Assembly: GCF_057098645.1 (NCBI RefSeq) | Contig: NZ_CM169472.1 | DNA length: 64,000 nt | Direction: 5' to 3' (one strand) | Shown here: one piece after another, positions 9,965 to 23,883 of the stretch | Layout of the letters: every line of letters starts with the position of its first letter | How positions within the stretch are numbered: position 1 is the stretch's first letter | Made by a program: the position numbers and the translations under genes | The notes under the pieces: model-generated | Databases searched by the model: none | What the model saw: the letters and a program-made list of their open reading frames with translations, nothing else | What the model was told of the DNA's origin: nothing

Positions 9965-12100
9965 ATGAGCACCATTGTGATTTTTTTAGCTGCTTTGCTG
10001 GCCTGCTCACTACTTGCGGGATGGCTGATAAAAGTGCGATCCAGACGGCGTCAGCTGCCCTGGACCAACGCCTTCGTGGATGCGCAAACGCGTAAACTCA
10101 CACCTGAAGAACGTAGCGCCGTTGAAAATTATCTTGAGAGCCTGACGCAGGTATTACAGGTGCCTGGCCCAACGGGAGCCAGCGCGGCACCGATCTCTCT
10201 GGCGCTGAATGCCGAAAGCAACAACGTCATGATGCTGACACACGCTATCACGCGTTACGGCATCTCTACCGACGATCCGAATAAATGGCGTTACTACCTC
10301 GATTCGGTAGAAGTCCACCTGCCCCCCTTCTGGGAACAGTACATCAACGATGAGAATACCGTTGAACTGATTCATACCGATTCGCTGCCGTTGGTTATTT
10401 CACTCAACGGTCATACGCTGCAGGAGTACATGCAGGAAACGCGCGGCTATGCCTTGCAACCTGTTCCGTCCACGCAGGCGTCGATTCGCGGGGAAGAGAG
10501 TGAGCAAATCGAGCTACTCAATATTCGCAAAGAAACGCATGAAGAGTATGCGCTGAGTCGTCCGCGCGGGCTGCGTGAAGCGTTGCTGATCGTCGCCTCC
10601 TTTCTGATGTTCTTTTTCTGCCTGATTACCCCGGATGTATTTGTTCCGTGGCTGGCAGGCGGCGCATTACTGCTGCTGGGCGCAGGTCTGTGGGGGCTAT
10701 TCGCCCCCCCGGCAAAATCCTCCCTGCGGGAAATTCATTGTCTGCGCGGTACACCCCGTCGTTGGGGATTGTTTGGCGAAAACGATCAGGAACAGATCAA
10801 CAATATTTCACTCGGTATTATCGACCTGGTCTATCCCGCACACTGGCAGCCATACATTGCTCAGGATCTCGGTCAACAAACCGATATCGATATCTATCTC
10901 GACCGCCATGTAGTGCGTCAGGGACGATATCTTTCGCTGCATGATGAAGTAAAAAACTTTCCGTTACAGCACTGGCTGCGCAGTACGATTATCGCTGCGG
11001 GCTCGCTGCTGGTGCTGTTTATGCTGTTATTCTGGATCCCGCTGGATATGCCGCTGAAATTCACTCTCTCATGGATGAAAGGCGCGCAGACCATTGAAGC
11101 CACCAGCGTAAAACAACTGGCTGACGCTGGCGTGCGGGTAGGCGATACATTGCGTATTAGCGGTACGGGAATGTGTAATATTCGCACTTCCGGAACCTGG
11201 AGCGCGAAAACCAATTCACCTTTTTTACCGTTTGACTGCTCGCAGATCATCTGGAATGACGCCCGCTCATTACCATTACCAGAATCTGAACTGGTCAACA
11301 AAGCGACGGCATTGACTGAAGCAGTTAATCGCCAGCTGCACCCTAAACCGGAAGATGAATCTCGCGTCAGCGCCTCATTACGTTCAGCAATTCAAAAATC
11401 CGGCATGGTATTGCTTGATGATTTTGGCGACATTGTACTGAAGACAGCGGATCTGTGTTCTGCCAAAGATGACTGTGTGCGACTGAAAAATGCGCTGGTC
11501 AATCTCGGCAACAGTAAAGACTGGGACGCGCTGGTAAAACGCGCCAACGCCGGGAAGCTCGATGGCGTGAATGTGTTATTACGCCCGGTGAGTGCGGAAT
11601 CGCTGGATAACCTTGTGGCAACCTCCACCGCGCCGTTTATCACGCATGAAACGGCGCGAGCGGCACAATCACTAAACAGTCCGGCCCCCGGCGGATTCCT
11701 GATTGTCAGCGACGAAGGCAGCGATTTTGTTGATCAGCCCTGGCCTTCGGCATCACTTTACGACTACCCGCCGCAAGAACAGTGGAACGCTTTCCAGAAA
11801 CTGGCACAAATGCTGATGCATACGCCGTTTAACGCCGAGGGTATCGTCACAAAAATCTTCACTGACGCCAATGGTACGCAGCATATAGGCCTTCATCCGA
11901 TCCCGGATCGTTCCGGCCTGTGGCGCTATCTCAGCACCACATTGCTGCTACTGACGATGCTGGGTAGCGCCATTTACAATGGCGTACAGGCCTGGCGTCG
12001 TTACCAGCGTCATCGCACTCGCATGATGGAGATTCAGGCCTATTATGAAAGCTGCCTGAACCCGCAACTGATCACCCCTTCAGAAAGCCTTATCGAATAA
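9965..12100 (+). CDS. igaA: Inner-membrane regulator of Rcs phosphorelay IgaA (YrfF)
   Basis: 711 aa ORF with N-terminal TM helix and multiple TM segments; matches IgaA length and position upstream of yrfG-hslRO. Confidence 0.93.
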   Translation: MSTIVIFLAALLACSLLAGWLIKVRSRRRQLPWTNAFVDAQTRKLTPEERSAVENYLESLTQVLQVPGPTGASAAPISLALNAESNNVMMLTHAITRYGISTDDPNKWRYYLDSVEVHLPPFWEQYINDENTVELIHTDSLPLVISLNGHTLQEYMQETRGYALQPVPSTQASIRGEESEQIELLNIRKETHEEYALSRPRGLREALLIVASFLMFFFCLITPDVFVPWLAGGALLLLGAGLWGLFAPPAKSSLREIHCLRGTPRRWGLFGENDQEQINNISLGIIDLVYPAHWQPYIAQDLGQQTDIDIYLDRHVVRQGRYLSLHDEVKNFPLQHWLRSTIIAAGSLLVLFMLLFWIPLDMPLKFTLSWMKGAQTIEATSVKQLADAGVRVGDTLRISGTGMCNIRTSGTWSAKTNSPFLPFDCSQIIWNDARSLPLPESELVNKATALTEAVNRQLHPKPEDESRVSASLRSAIQKSGMVLLDDFGDIVLKTADLCSAKDDCVRLKNALVNLGNSKDWDALVKRANAGKLDGVNVLLRPVSAESLDNLVATSTAPFITHETARAAQSLNSPAPGGFLIVSDEGSDFVDQPWPSASLYDYPPQEQWNAFQKLAQMLMHTPFNAEGIVTKIFTDANGTQHIGLHPIPDRSGLWRYLSTTLLLLTMLGSAIYNGVQAWRRYQRHRTRMMEIQAYYESCLNPQLITPSESLIE

Positions 12101-12164
12101 CACGTTTGCGCGGCAGGTTATGCTACCCTGTCGCGCAAATTGCTTCACTCTGGAGATTTCCCTC

Positions 12165-12833
12165 ATGCATATCAACATTGCCTGGCAGGACGTAGATACC
12201 GTTCTGCTGGATATGGACGGCACGTTGCTCGACCTCGCCTTCGATAACTATTTCTGGCAAAAGCTGGTGCCTGAAACATGGGGCGCGAAAAACGGGGTCA
12301 CGCCACAGGAAGCGATGGAATATATGCGCCAGCAATATCACGACGTACAGCATACGCTAAACTGGTACTGTCTTGATTACTGGAGTGAGCAACTGGGTCT
12401 GGATATCTGTGCGATGACCACCGAGATGGGACCGCGTGCCGTACTGCGTGAAGATACCATTCCGTTTCTTGAGGCACTGAAAGCCAGCGGTAAGCAGCGA
12501 ATTTTGCTCACCAATGCGCATCCGCACAACCTGGCGGTAAAACTTGAGCATACCGGTCTGGACGCACACCTTGATTTATTACTTTCCACCCACACATTTG
12601 GTTATCCGAAAGAGGATCAGCGGTTATGGCATGCGGTGGCCGAAGCTACGGGTCTGAAAGCTGAAAGAACGCTGTTTATTGATGACAGCGAAGCGATTCT
12701 CGATGCTGCCGCGCAATTTGGTATTCGTTACTGCCTCGGCGTGACTAATCCTGACTCAGGGATTGCCGAGAAACAGTATCAACGCCATCCGTCACTGAAT
12801 GACTACCGCCGCCTGATCCCCTCGCTAATGTGA
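12165..12833 (+). CDS. yrfG: HAD-family GMP/IMP nucleotidase YrfG
   Basis: ORF 12120..12833 trimmed to MHINIAWQDVDTVLLDMDGTLLD (HAD motif I DxDGT), 222 aa. Confidence 0.9.
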   Translation: MHINIAWQDVDTVLLDMDGTLLDLAFDNYFWQKLVPETWGAKNGVTPQEAMEYMRQQYHDVQHTLNWYCLDYWSEQLGLDICAMTTEMGPRAVLREDTIPFLEALKASGKQRILLTNAHPHNLAVKLEHTGLDAHLDLLLSTHTFGYPKEDQRLWHAVAEATGLKAERTLFIDDSEAILDAAAQFGIRYCLGVTNPDSGIAEKQYQRHPSLNDYRRLIPSLM

Positions 12834-12843
12834 AGGAGACGCC

Positions 12844-13245
12844 ATGAAAGAAAAACCTGCTGTTGAGGTTCGACTGGATAAATGGCTATGGGCTGCCCGT
12901 TTTTATAAAACCCGCGCGCTGGCCCGTGAAATGATTGAAGGCGGTAAGGTGCATTACAACGGGCAGCGCAGCAAGCCGAGCAAAATCGTCGAGCTGAATG
13001 CCACGCTCACTCTGCGCCAGGGAAATGACGAACGCACGGTGATTGTAAAGGCGATTACTGAACAGCGTCGCCCCGCCAGCGAGGCAGCCTTGCTGTATGA
13101 AGAGACTGCGGAAAGTGTAGAGAAACGCGAAAAAATGGCGCTGGCACGTAAACTTAATGCCTTAACCATGCCGCACCCGGACCGACGCCCGGACAAAAAA
13201 GAGCGCCGCGACCTGTTACGATTTACACACGGCGACAGTGAATAA
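12844..13245 (+). CDS. hslR: Heat shock protein 15 (ribosome-associated, S4 domain)
   Basis: 133 aa ORF MKEKPAVEVRLDKWLWAARFYKTRA... Confidence 0.95.
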   Translation: MKEKPAVEVRLDKWLWAARFYKTRALAREMIEGGKVHYNGQRSKPSKIVELNATLTLRQGNDERTVIVKAITEQRRPASEAALLYEETAESVEKREKMALARKLNALTMPHPDRRPDKKERRDLLRFTHGDSE

Positions 13246-13263
13246 CTGTTACCTGCAAGAGAG

Positions 13264-14148
13264 ATGATTATGCCGCAACATGACCAATTACATCGCTATC
13301 TGTTTGAAAATTTTGCCGTTCGCGGCGAACTGGTAACCGTTTCGGAAACCCTGCAACAGATCCTTGAGAACCACGATTATCCGCAGCCCGTTAAAAACGT
13401 GCTGGCAGAACTGCTGGTTGCGACCAGCCTGTTAACCGCTACGCTGAAGTTTGATGGTGATATCACCGTACAGCTGCAGGGCGACGGTCCGATGAATCTG
13501 GCGGTTATTAACGGTAACAATAACCAGCAAATGCGCGGTGTGGCGCGCGTGCAGGGCAAAATTCCAGAAAATGCCGACCTGAAAACGCTGGTCGGCAATG
13601 GTTACGTGGTGATCACCATTACCCCGAGCGAAGGTGAACGCTATCAGGGCGTGGTGGGTCTGGAAGGTGATACCCTGGCGGCCTGCCTGGAAGATTACTT
13701 TATGCGTTCTGAACAGCTGCCGACGCGCCTGTTTATTCGCACCGGCGACGTAGACGGCAAACCGGCTGCGGGCGGTATGTTGTTGCAGGTAATGCCTGCG
13801 CAAAATGCCCAGCAGGACGACTTTGACCACCTGGCGACGCTAACCGAAACCATCAAAACCGAAGAACTGCTGACCTTACCGGCAAACGAAGTGTTGTGGC
13901 GTTTGTATCACGAAGAAGAGGTGACGGTTTACGATCCGCAGGATGTGGAGTTCAAATGCACCTGCTCGCGTGAACGTTGCGCCGATGCGCTGAAAACGCT
14001 GCCTGATGAAGAAGTCGATAGCATCCTGGCGGAAGATGGCGAAATTGACATGCATTGTGATTACTGCGGTAACCACTATCTGTTCAATGCGATGGATATT
14101 GCTGAAATCCGCAACAACGCGTCTCCGGCAGATCCGCAAGTTCATTAA
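13264..14148 (+). CDS. hslO: Redox-regulated chaperone Hsp33
   Basis: 294 aa ORF with C-terminal CxC...CxxC zinc centre (CTCSRERC ... CDYCGNHY); start may be the Met at 13270. Confidence 0.93.
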   Translation: MIMPQHDQLHRYLFENFAVRGELVTVSETLQQILENHDYPQPVKNVLAELLVATSLLTATLKFDGDITVQLQGDGPMNLAVINGNNNQQMRGVARVQGKIPENADLKTLVGNGYVVITITPSEGERYQGVVGLEGDTLAACLEDYFMRSEQLPTRLFIRTGDVDGKPAAGGMLLQVMPAQNAQQDDFDHLATLTETIKTEELLTLPANEVLWRLYHEEEVTVYDPQDVEFKCTCSRERCADALKTLPDEEVDSILAEDGEIDMHCDYCGNHYLFNAMDIAEIRNNASPADPQVH

Positions 14149-14156
14149 TGAGTATG

Positions 14157-14184
14157 TCCGGCAGAGAGGGCTCTGCCGGATTTT
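14157..14184. terminator. Bidirectional intrinsic terminator between convergent hslO and yhgE
   Basis: 10-bp perfect stem TCCGGCAGAG / CTCTGCCGGA with 4-nt loop, followed by TTTT. Confidence 0.65.
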
Positions 14185-14210
14185 ACGACTAATACACCTG
14201 ATGCGCTTTG

Positions 14211-15935
14211 TCACTCATTCAGATTCACATCCAGCCTTTCACCATCCACTACAAGATCGCGCCACGCTTTAGGCTTCGTTCCCAGTTTTCCATCCTTCGC
14301 AGCTGTGAGTAATTTTTCTTTCGTTATATCACGCGGAAGTAAACTCATCGTAAGCTCTTGCCATTCTTTCTTGTCAGGATCAAAGCCATAGACAATGTAT
14401 CTTTCATCATTAAAAGCAAACAGGATCCGCTCCGCCTGACCATCACTATTCAGATCTTGCTCGACCAGTACGCAGGCGTCTTTTTCAATACAGGTCATCA
14501 CGTTATAGCGTTCTTTGATTAATGCCGACCAGAATGCCGCATCCGGTTTGCCAGAACCTGGTGCAATTAACACATTTTCGGCTAATGATTTTTCCGACAC
14601 CACCTTCTGAAGACTTTGCTCCCCATCTAACGCCATCAGCAGATCCCACGCGCGTTTCGGGTCTTTCATAAACCCGGCATCGCTTTTCAGCGACTCAAGC
14701 GCCGCACGTCCATAGTGACCGCTCTGTTCGAGCATGTAGATAGTTACCTGGCCTGGCGTGTTTTTGCCGCTCTGATAACGCGCCATATGACTGTTCACGC
14801 TAATGCGCATACTGTCCAGCACCGGAGAATTAAGAAGCACCAGTATTACCAACACCAATAACGAAACTGCAAGGTTCACTTTGCCCTGAAGAACAAGGGG
14901 ATTTTGCCCTTTACGCCATAGGATACTGACAAAATACCCCAGCGACCATACCAGTAACACCAGCACCACCAGCGCGCCCTGCAAGCGGTCGACAGTCCAG
15001 CCGTACTGAGCGACCCGCAGCCATAACGCCCAGGCGGCGACGAACACATACAGCGGAGCAACCAGCAAAGCGGTTTTAATCAGGCAACGCAACGGCCCCG
15101 TCCAGGGAAGTGACGCTTTTTGCGGATCGCGGACAATAGCCATTAAGATCAATTGCAAAAAGGCCAGCGTTAACAGCAACCCAGCGGCGGAGATGTGGCG
15201 AGAAATCGCACTCAGGCCTGTAAACGGCAGGGTGATGATAAACATCAGGGTTAGCAATGATACTAACGGCAGCAACCCCGTGGCGATTAACGTGAACAAC
15301 TTTTGAATAGAGTCGATTAAACGTGACTGTGTTCGCGCGAGGATCACCGCCAGCGCGGTAACCAGACCTAATGTAAGATACATAAACCAGTCGGTTGCAA
15401 AAAAGAGCGTATTGAAAAACGTGATGCCAACAAGTTTAAACAACTCACCCCACAGTAAAAGCACCAGCCACGTCAGGCCATTGGCGAGAAAAATAACCTG
15501 TAATATAAGTACGTTATGCCATACTGACTGGTAAAAATAGCGATAGCGGCTACTGTCATTGCGGATACGAAGGCTTTGTTGTATCCACGGTAGCAACAAC
15601 ATTGCCATCAGCAGCAGATAGCAGCCAAAATCCCAAAGCGCCTTTTCAGCTCTCCAGGGGTTCATGCCATCAGTTTGCCACTTCAACCAGCCGCTCATCC
15701 CCAGCGTGGCAATAAACACCAGCGCCAGCCATCCCCAAAGGCGCTTCTGTTTAAAAGAGATCACGGAGAAGAGTAAAACGGATGAAAACGCAACGGTCGC
15801 AGGCACGCCATAAACAATCCAACTGTGATTTTTTCCGGCAAGCCAGGCGATCAACAGGTAGCAAACCAGCCCCTGAAGTAATCCGGTAGCAATCATCCCC
15901 CAGCGTGTTGCGGGTGAAAGTTCAACGTTATCCAT
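14211..15935 (-). CDS. yhgE: Inner membrane protein YhgE (putative transporter)
   Basis: 574 aa ORF with many TM segments; matches YhgE position and size. Confidence 0.9.
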   Translation of the reverse strand: MDNVELSPATRWGMIATGLLQGLVCYLLIAWLAGKNHSWIVYGVPATVAFSSVLLFSVISFKQKRLWGWLALVFIATLGMSGWLKWQTDGMNPWRAEKALWDFGCYLLLMAMLLLPWIQQSLRIRNDSSRYRYFYQSVWHNVLILQVIFLANGLTWLVLLLWGELFKLVGITFFNTLFFATDWFMYLTLGLVTALAVILARTQSRLIDSIQKLFTLIATGLLPLVSLLTLMFIITLPFTGLSAISRHISAAGLLLTLAFLQLILMAIVRDPQKASLPWTGPLRCLIKTALLVAPLYVFVAAWALWLRVAQYGWTVDRLQGALVVLVLLVWSLGYFVSILWRKGQNPLVLQGKVNLAVSLLVLVILVLLNSPVLDSMRISVNSHMARYQSGKNTPGQVTIYMLEQSGHYGRAALESLKSDAGFMKDPKRAWDLLMALDGEQSLQKVVSEKSLAENVLIAPGSGKPDAAFWSALIKERYNVMTCIEKDACVLVEQDLNSDGQAERILFAFNDERYIVYGFDPDKKEWQELTMSLLPRDITKEKLLTAAKDGKLGTKPKAWRDLVVDGERLDVNLNE

Positions 15936-16313
15936 GTTGGTTATCCAGAATCAAAAGGTGGGTTAATTATCGCATCCGGGCAGTAGTATTTTGCTTTTTT
16001 CAGAAAATAATCAAAAAAAGTTAGCGTGGTGAATCGATACTTTACCGATTGAATTTGCATCAATTTCATTCAGGAATGTGATTCCACTCACAATATTCCC
16101 GCCATATAAACCAAGATTTAACCTTTTGAGAACATTTTCCACACCTAAAATGCTATTTCTGCGATAATAGCAACCGTTTCGTGACAGGAATCACGGAGTT
16201 TTTTGTCAAATATGAATTTCTCCAGATACGTAAATCTATGAGCCTTGTCGCGGTTAACACCCCCAAAAAGACTTTACTATTCAGGCAATACATATTGGCT
16301 AAGGAGCAGTGAA

Positions 16314-17936
16314 ATGCGCGTTAACAATGGTTTGACCCCGCAAGAACTCGAGGCTTATGGTATCAGTGACGTACATGATATCGTTTACAACCCAAGCTAC
16401 GACCTGCTGTATCAGGAAGAGCTCGATCCGAGCCTGACAGGTTATGAGCGCGGGGTGTTAACTAATCTGGGTGCCGTTGCCGTCGATACCGGGATCTTCA
16501 CCGGTCGTTCACCAAAAGATAAGTATATCGTCCGTGACGATACCACTCGCGATACTTTCTGGTGGGCAGACAAAGGCAAAGGTAAGAACGATAACAAACC
16601 TCTCTCTCCGGAAACCTGGCAGCATCTGAAAGGCCTGGTGACCAAACAGCTTTCCGGCAAACGTCTGTTCGTTGTCGACGCCTTCTGTGGTGCGAACCCG
16701 GATACTCGTCTTTCCGTCCGTTTCATCACCGAAGTGGCCTGGCAGGCGCATTTTGTCAAAAACATGTTTATTCGCCCGAGTGATGAAGAGCTGGCAGGTT
16801 TCAAACCAGACTTTATCGTTATGAACGGCGCGAAGTGCACTAACCCGCAGTGGAAAGAACAGGGTCTGAATTCCGAAAACTTCGTGGCGTTTAACCTGAC
16901 CGAGCGCATGCAGCTGATTGGCGGCACCTGGTATGGCGGCGAAATGAAGAAAGGGATGTTCTCGATGATGAACTACCTGCTGCCGCTGAAAGGTATCGCT
17001 TCTATGCACTGCTCCGCCAACGTTGGCGAGAAAGGCGATGTTGCGGTGTTCTTCGGCCTTTCCGGCACCGGTAAAACCACCCTTTCCACCGACCCGAAAC
17101 GTCGCCTGATTGGCGATGACGAACACGGCTGGGACGATGACGGCGTGTTTAACTTCGAAGGCGGCTGCTACGCAAAAACTATCAAGCTGTCGAAAGAAGC
17201 GGAACCTGAAATCTACAACGCTATCCGTCGTGATGCGTTGCTGGAAAACGTCACCGTGCGTGAAGATGGCACTATCGACTTTGATGATGGTTCAAAAACC
17301 GAGAACACCCGCGTTTCTTATCCGATCTATCACATCGATAACATCGTTAATCCGGTTTCCAAAGCGGGTCACGCAACGAAAGTTATCTTCCTGACCGCAG
17401 ACGCCTTTGCTGTGCTGCCGCCGGTTTCTCGTCTGACTGCCGATCAAACCCAGTACCACTTCCTCTCTGGCTTCACCGCCAAACTGGCCGGTACTGAGCG
17501 TGGCATCACCGAACCGACGCCAACCTTCTCCGCTTGCTTCGGCGCGGCATTCCTGTCGCTGCACCCGACTCAGTACGCAGAAGTGCTGGTGAAACGTATG
17601 CAGGCGGCGGGCGCGCAGGCTTATCTGGTTAACACTGGCTGGAACGGCACTGGCAAACGTATCTCGATTAAAGATACCCGCGCCATTATCGACGCCATCC
17701 TCAACGGTTCGCTGGATAATGCAGAAACCTTCACTCTGCCGATGTTTAACCTGGCGATCCCAACCGAACTGCCGGGCGTAGACACGAAGATTCTCGATCC
17801 GCGTAACACCTACGCTTCCCCGGAACAGTGGCAGGAAAAAGCCGAAACCCTGGCGAAACTGTTTATCGACAACTTTGATAAATACACCGACACCCCTGCG
17901 GGTGCCGCGCTGGTAGCGGCTGGTCCGAAACTGTAA
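16314..17936 (+). CDS. pckA: Phosphoenolpyruvate carboxykinase (ATP)
   Basis: ORF 16245..17936 trimmed to [22 protein letters not shown]... (540 aa); AAGGAG ribosome-binding site at 16301-16306; kinase-1a motif GLSGTGKTT. Confidence 0.96.
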   Translation: MRVNNGLTPQELEAYGISDVHDIVYNPSYDLLYQEELDPSLTGYERGVLTNLGAVAVDTGIFTGRSPKDKYIVRDDTTRDTFWWADKGKGKNDNKPLSPETWQHLKGLVTKQLSGKRLFVVDAFCGANPDTRLSVRFITEVAWQAHFVKNMFIRPSDEELAGFKPDFIVMNGAKCTNPQWKEQGLNSENFVAFNLTERMQLIGGTWYGGEMKKGMFSMMNYLLPLKGIASMHCSANVGEKGDVAVFFGLSGTGKTTLSTDPKRRLIGDDEHGWDDDGVFNFEGGCYAKTIKLSKEAEPEIYNAIRRDALLENVTVREDGTIDFDDGSKTENTRVSYPIYHIDNIVNPVSKAGHATKVIFLTADAFAVLPPVSRLTADQTQYHFLSGFTAKLAGTERGITEPTPTFSACFGAAFLSLHPTQYAEVLVKRMQAAGAQAYLVNTGWNGTGKRISIKDTRAIIDAILNGSLDNAETFTLPMFNLAIPTELPGVDTKILDPRNTYASPEQWQEKAETLAKLFIDNFDKYTDTPAGAALVAAGPKL

Positions 17937-17983
17937 TGATTTGAAGCTGGAGAATATCTATCCAGTATCTTATAGAAAGCAAA

Positions 17984-18007
17984 ACGGGAGGCACCTTCGC
18001 CTCCCGT
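17984..18007. terminator. Bidirectional intrinsic terminator between convergent pckA and envZ
   Basis: 9-bp perfect stem ACGGGAGGC / GCCTCCCGT, 6-nt loop, T-rich runs on both strands. Confidence 0.7.
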
Positions 18008-18011
18008 TTAT

Positions 18012-20080
<2,069 letters not shown>

Positions 20081-20307
20081 TGTTTGTACTCCCAAAGGTT
20101 CGCAACAATTTGTAAGCGTGTATTCTTAAAAAAGCTCACGTTCGTCACCAGCTAAATCTGGTATGAATTTCAGCCTAAATTGTTACAAAGCATATTAAAC
20201 AGCAGCTTAAGTATACAATTTATTCGGCGAAACATTATTGATTCTGTTGATATGATCACGTTATACCCAATGTGCGCATTATCAAACAGACAAAGGGAAT
20301 CAACGAG

Positions 20308-20784
20308 ATGAAAACGCCCCTGGTTACCCGGGAAGGGTATGAAAAACTCAAACAAGAGCTTAATTATCTCTGGCGTGAAGAACGCCCGGAGGTCACAAAA
20401 AAGGTGACCTGGGCCGCAAGTCTGGGCGACCGCAGCGAAAATGCTGACTATCAGTATAATAAAAAGCGTCTGCGTGAAATCGACCGTCGCGTGCGCTATC
20501 TCACTAAATGCATGGAAAATCTCAAAATCGTCGATTACTCCCCTCAGCAGGAAGGCAAAGTCTTTTTTGGCGCGTGGGTGGAGATTGAAAACGACGATGG
20601 CGTGACTCACCGTTTCCGTATAGTCGGTTACGATGAAATTTTTGGCCGTAAAGATTACATCTCTATCGATTCCCCGATGGCTCGCGCATTGCTGAAAAAA
20701 GAGGTGGGCGATTTGGCGGTGGTGAATACCCCTGCCGGGGAAGCGAGCTGGTATGTTAATGCTATCGAGTACGTGAAACCGTAA
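20308..20784 (+). CDS. greB: Transcription elongation factor GreB
   Basis: ORF 20272..20784 trimmed to MKTPLVTREGYEKLKQELNYLW... (158 aa). Confidence 0.94.
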   Translation: MKTPLVTREGYEKLKQELNYLWREERPEVTKKVTWAASLGDRSENADYQYNKKRLREIDRRVRYLTKCMENLKIVDYSPQQEGKVFFGAWVEIENDDGVTHRFRIVGYDEIFGRKDYISIDSPMARALLKKEVGDLAVVNTPAGEASWYVNAIEYVKP

Positions 20785-20880
20785 GGAAGAGTCTTAACCT
20801 CCTGCCGATGGCTGGCATTTTTGCCAGCCAGTCCGTATAACTATCCCCTGATTTTTGATCCGATAAGATGAACTCAAACC

Positions 20881-23202
20881 ATGATGAATGATTCGTTCTG
20901 CCGCATTATTGCGGGTGAAATTCAGGCGCGCCCGGAACAGGTTGACGCTGCCGTTCGCCTGCTTGACGAAGGGAATACCGTGCCGTTTATCGCACGTTAT
21001 CGTAAGGAAATCACCGGCGGTCTGGATGACACGCAGTTGCGTAATCTGGAAACGCGTCTGGGATACCTGCGTGAACTGGAAGAGAGACGTCAGGCGATCC
21101 TCAAATCCATTTCCGAGCAAGGCAAACTCACCGATGATCTGGCGAATGCCATCAACGCCACCCTAAGCAAAACCGAACTCGAAGACCTCTACCTGCCCTA
21201 CAAACCTAAACGCTGCACCCGCGGGCAAATCGCCATTGAAGCAGGGCTTGAGCCGTTGGCTAACCTGCTGTGGAGCGATCCGTCACACACGCCAGAAGTC
21301 GCCGCTGCGCAATATATTGATGCCGATAAAGGCGTGGCAGATACCAAAGCCGCGCTGGACGGCGCGCGCTATATCCTGATGGAACGGTTTGCCGAAGATG
21401 CCGCGCTGCTGGCGAAAGTGCGTGATTATCTGTGGAAGAACGCGCATTTGGTTTCTACGGTGGTGAGCGGTAAAGAAGAGGAAGGGGCGAAATTCCGCGA
21501 CTATTTCGATCATCACGAACCGTTGTCCACGGTGCCTTCTCACCGCGCGCTGGCGATGTTCCGTGGGCGTAACGAAGGCGTACTTCAGCTTTCGCTGAAT
21601 GCCGATCCACAGTTCGATGAGCCGCCGAAAGAGAGCTATTGCGAGCAAATCATCATGGATCACCTTGGCCTGCGCCTGAACAATGCCCCGGCGGATAGCT
21701 GGCGCAAAGGCGTGGTGAGCTGGACGTGGCGCATCAAGGTGCTGATGCATCTGGAAACCGAACTGATGGGCACCGTGCGCGAACGTGCGGAAGATGAAGC
21801 AATCAACGTCTTTGCCCGTAACCTGCACGATCTGCTGATGGCGGCTCCAGCCGGACTGCGTGCCACGATGGGCCTCGATCCGGGTCTGCGTACTGGGGTA
21901 AAAGTGGCGGTAGTCGATGCAACCGGCAAACTGGTGGCGACCGATACCATTTACCCGCACACCGGACAAGCCGCAAAAGCAGCGATGACTGTTGCTGCGC
22001 TGTGTGAAAAGCATAACGTTGAACTGGTGGCGATCGGCAACGGTACAGCTTCCCGCGAAACCGAACGTTTCTATCTCGACGTGCAGAAGCAGTTCCCGAA
22101 AGTGACCGCACAGAAAGTGATCGTCAGCGAAGCTGGCGCGTCGGTTTACTCGGCTTCCGAGCTGGCAGCGCAGGAGTTCCCGGATCTCGACGTTTCGCTG
22201 CGTGGCGCGGTTTCTATCGCCCGCCGTTTGCAGGATCCGCTGGCGGAGCTGGTGAAAATCGATCCGAAATCTATCGGCGTAGGTCAGTATCAGCATGACG
22301 TCAGCCAGACGCAACTGGCCCGCAAACTGGATGCAGTAGTAGAAGACTGCGTAAACGCCGTTGGCGTCGATCTCAACACCGCTTCTGTTCCGCTATTAAC
22401 TCGCGTGGCGGGCCTGACGCGCATGATGGCGCAAAACATCGTGGCCTGGCGCGATGAGAACGGCCAGTTCCAGAACCGTCAGCAACTGCTGAAAGTCAGC
22501 CGTCTGGGGCCGAAAGCCTTCGAGCAGTGCGCGGGCTTCCTGCGCATTAACCACGGTGATAACCCGCTGGACGCCTCTACCGTTCACCCGGAAGCCTATC
22601 CGGTGGTGGAACGCATTCTGGCAGCAACACAGCAGGCACTGAAAGATCTGATGGGTAACAGCAGCGAACTGCGTAACCTGAAAGCGTCTGACTTTACTGA
22701 TGAAAAATTCGGTGTGCCGACAGTAACTGACATCATCAAAGAGCTGGAAAAACCGGGTCGCGATCCGCGTCCGGAATTTAAAACCGCTCAGTTTGCCGAT
22801 GGCGTCGAGACAATGAACGACCTGCAACCGGGTATGATCCTCGAAGGCGCTGTCACCAACGTCACCAACTTTGGCGCGTTTGTCGATATCGGCGTGCATC
22901 AGGACGGCCTGGTTCACATCTCTTCATTGTCGAACAAGTTTGTGGAAGATCCGCATACCGTGGTGAAAGCGGGCGACATTGTGAAGGTGAAAGTGCTGGA
23001 AGTGGATCTTCAGCGTAAACGTATCGCCCTGACTATGCGTCTGGACGAGCAGCCTGGCGAAACCAACTCTCGTCGCGGCGGCGGTAACGATCGCCCGCAA
23101 AACAACCGCCCGGCAGCCAAACCACGCGGTCGTGAAGCGCAGCCTGCCGGTAACAGCGCGATGATGGACGCGCTGGCGGCAGCGATGGGTAAAAAACGTT
23201 AA
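20881..23202 (+). CDS. yhgF: Tex-like transcription accessory protein YhgF (S1 domain at C-terminus)
   Basis: 773 aa [31 protein letters not shown]...; matches YhgF/Tex position after greB. Confidence 0.93.
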   Translation: MMNDSFCRIIAGEIQARPEQVDAAVRLLDEGNTVPFIARYRKEITGGLDDTQLRNLETRLGYLRELEERRQAILKSISEQGKLTDDLANAINATLSKTELEDLYLPYKPKRCTRGQIAIEAGLEPLANLLWSDPSHTPEVAAAQYIDADKGVADTKAALDGARYILMERFAEDAALLAKVRDYLWKNAHLVSTVVSGKEEEGAKFRDYFDHHEPLSTVPSHRALAMFRGRNEGVLQLSLNADPQFDEPPKESYCEQIIMDHLGLRLNNAPADSWRKGVVSWTWRIKVLMHLETELMGTVRERAEDEAINVFARNLHDLLMAAPAGLRATMGLDPGLRTGVKVAVVDATGKLVATDTIYPHTGQAAKAAMTVAALCEKHNVELVAIGNGTASRETERFYLDVQKQFPKVTAQKVIVSEAGASVYSASELAAQEFPDLDVSLRGAVSIARRLQDPLAELVKIDPKSIGVGQYQHDVSQTQLARKLDAVVEDCVNAVGVDLNTASVPLLTRVAGLTRMMAQNIVAWRDENGQFQNRQQLLKVSRLGPKAFEQCAGFLRINHGDNPLDASTVHPEAYPVVERILAATQQALKDLMGNSSELRNLKASDFTDEKFGVPTVTDIIKELEKPGRDPRPEFKTAQFADGVETMNDLQPGMILEGAVTNVTNFGAFVDIGVHQDGLVHISSLSNKFVEDPHTVVKAGDIVKVKVLEVDLQRKRIALTMRLDEQPGETNSRRGGGNDRPQNNRPAAKPRGREAQPAGNSAMMDALAAAMGKKR

Positions 23203-23223
23203 ACGCCCGGACTGGCCCCTAAA

Positions 23224-23256
23224 CCTGCGCGATAAGGCGTTCACGCCGCATCTGGC
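23224..23256. repeat. REP element downstream of yhgF
   Basis: tgcgcgataaggcgttcacgccgcatctggca is an inverted-orientation REP unit. Confidence 0.55.
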
Positions 23257-23504
23257 AACGAACGCCTTGCCTGACATAAAAGTGCCGGAAAATATCTCCG
23301 GCATATTTATTCCACAGCCAAACTCACAATATACTCCGTTAATATTTATCACTTCATTAACAACTGAAACCTTAATTAAACATTAGCCAGTCCTGGTAAT
23401 TCACTATTCGAATTATATTTTCGCTGCGATATAACCTTGAGCCACATCAACATTGAGTCAGATTATTATTCAAACCAACATTCGCACACATTTTAAGTAT
23501 TGCT

Positions 23505-23530
23505 GATAGAAACCATTCTCATTATCATTG
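23505..23530. promoter_or_regulatory. Putative Fur box in the feoA promoter region
   Basis: gatagaaaccattctcattatcattg contains CATTATCATT, matching the AATGATAAT core of the Fur consensus; about 110 bp upstream of feoA in an AT-rich promoter region. Confidence 0.4.
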
Positions 23531-23639
23531 TACTGTTGATTATTTAATCTCTCCTTCGTTGGCAAATCATCTGGTCTCATGTCGCTGTCAAACGCCCCAT
23601 GAGGTAGTTATCCAGTTAATGAGAAACAAGTAGGCACCT

Positions 23640-23867
23640 ATGCAATACACTCCAGATACTGCGTGGAAAATCACTGGCTTTTCCCGTGAAATCAGCCCGG
23701 CATATCGCCAAAAACTGCTTTCTCTAGGCATGTTACCTGGCTCCTCTTTTAATGTGGTGCGCGTCGCTCCACTCGGCGACCCCATTCATATCGAAACCCG
23801 TCGTGTGAGCCTGGTATTACGCAAAAAAGATCTGGCCTTATTAGAAGTGGAAGCGGTTTCCTGTTAA
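23640..23867 (+). CDS. feoA: Ferrous iron transport protein A
   Basis: 75 aa [51 protein letters not shown]... Confidence 0.95.
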   Translation: MQYTPDTAWKITGFSREISPAYRQKLLSLGMLPGSSFNVVRVAPLGDPIHIETRRVSLVLRKKDLALLEVEAVSC

Positions 23868-23883
23868 TACGGTGATAACAACA

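Noticed and set aside
23530-23550. Possible FNR site (TTGATTATTTAATC) upstream of feoA
   Set aside because: Only the left half-site TTGAT matches the TTGAT-N4-ATCAA consensus; the right half is poor, so I did not call it.
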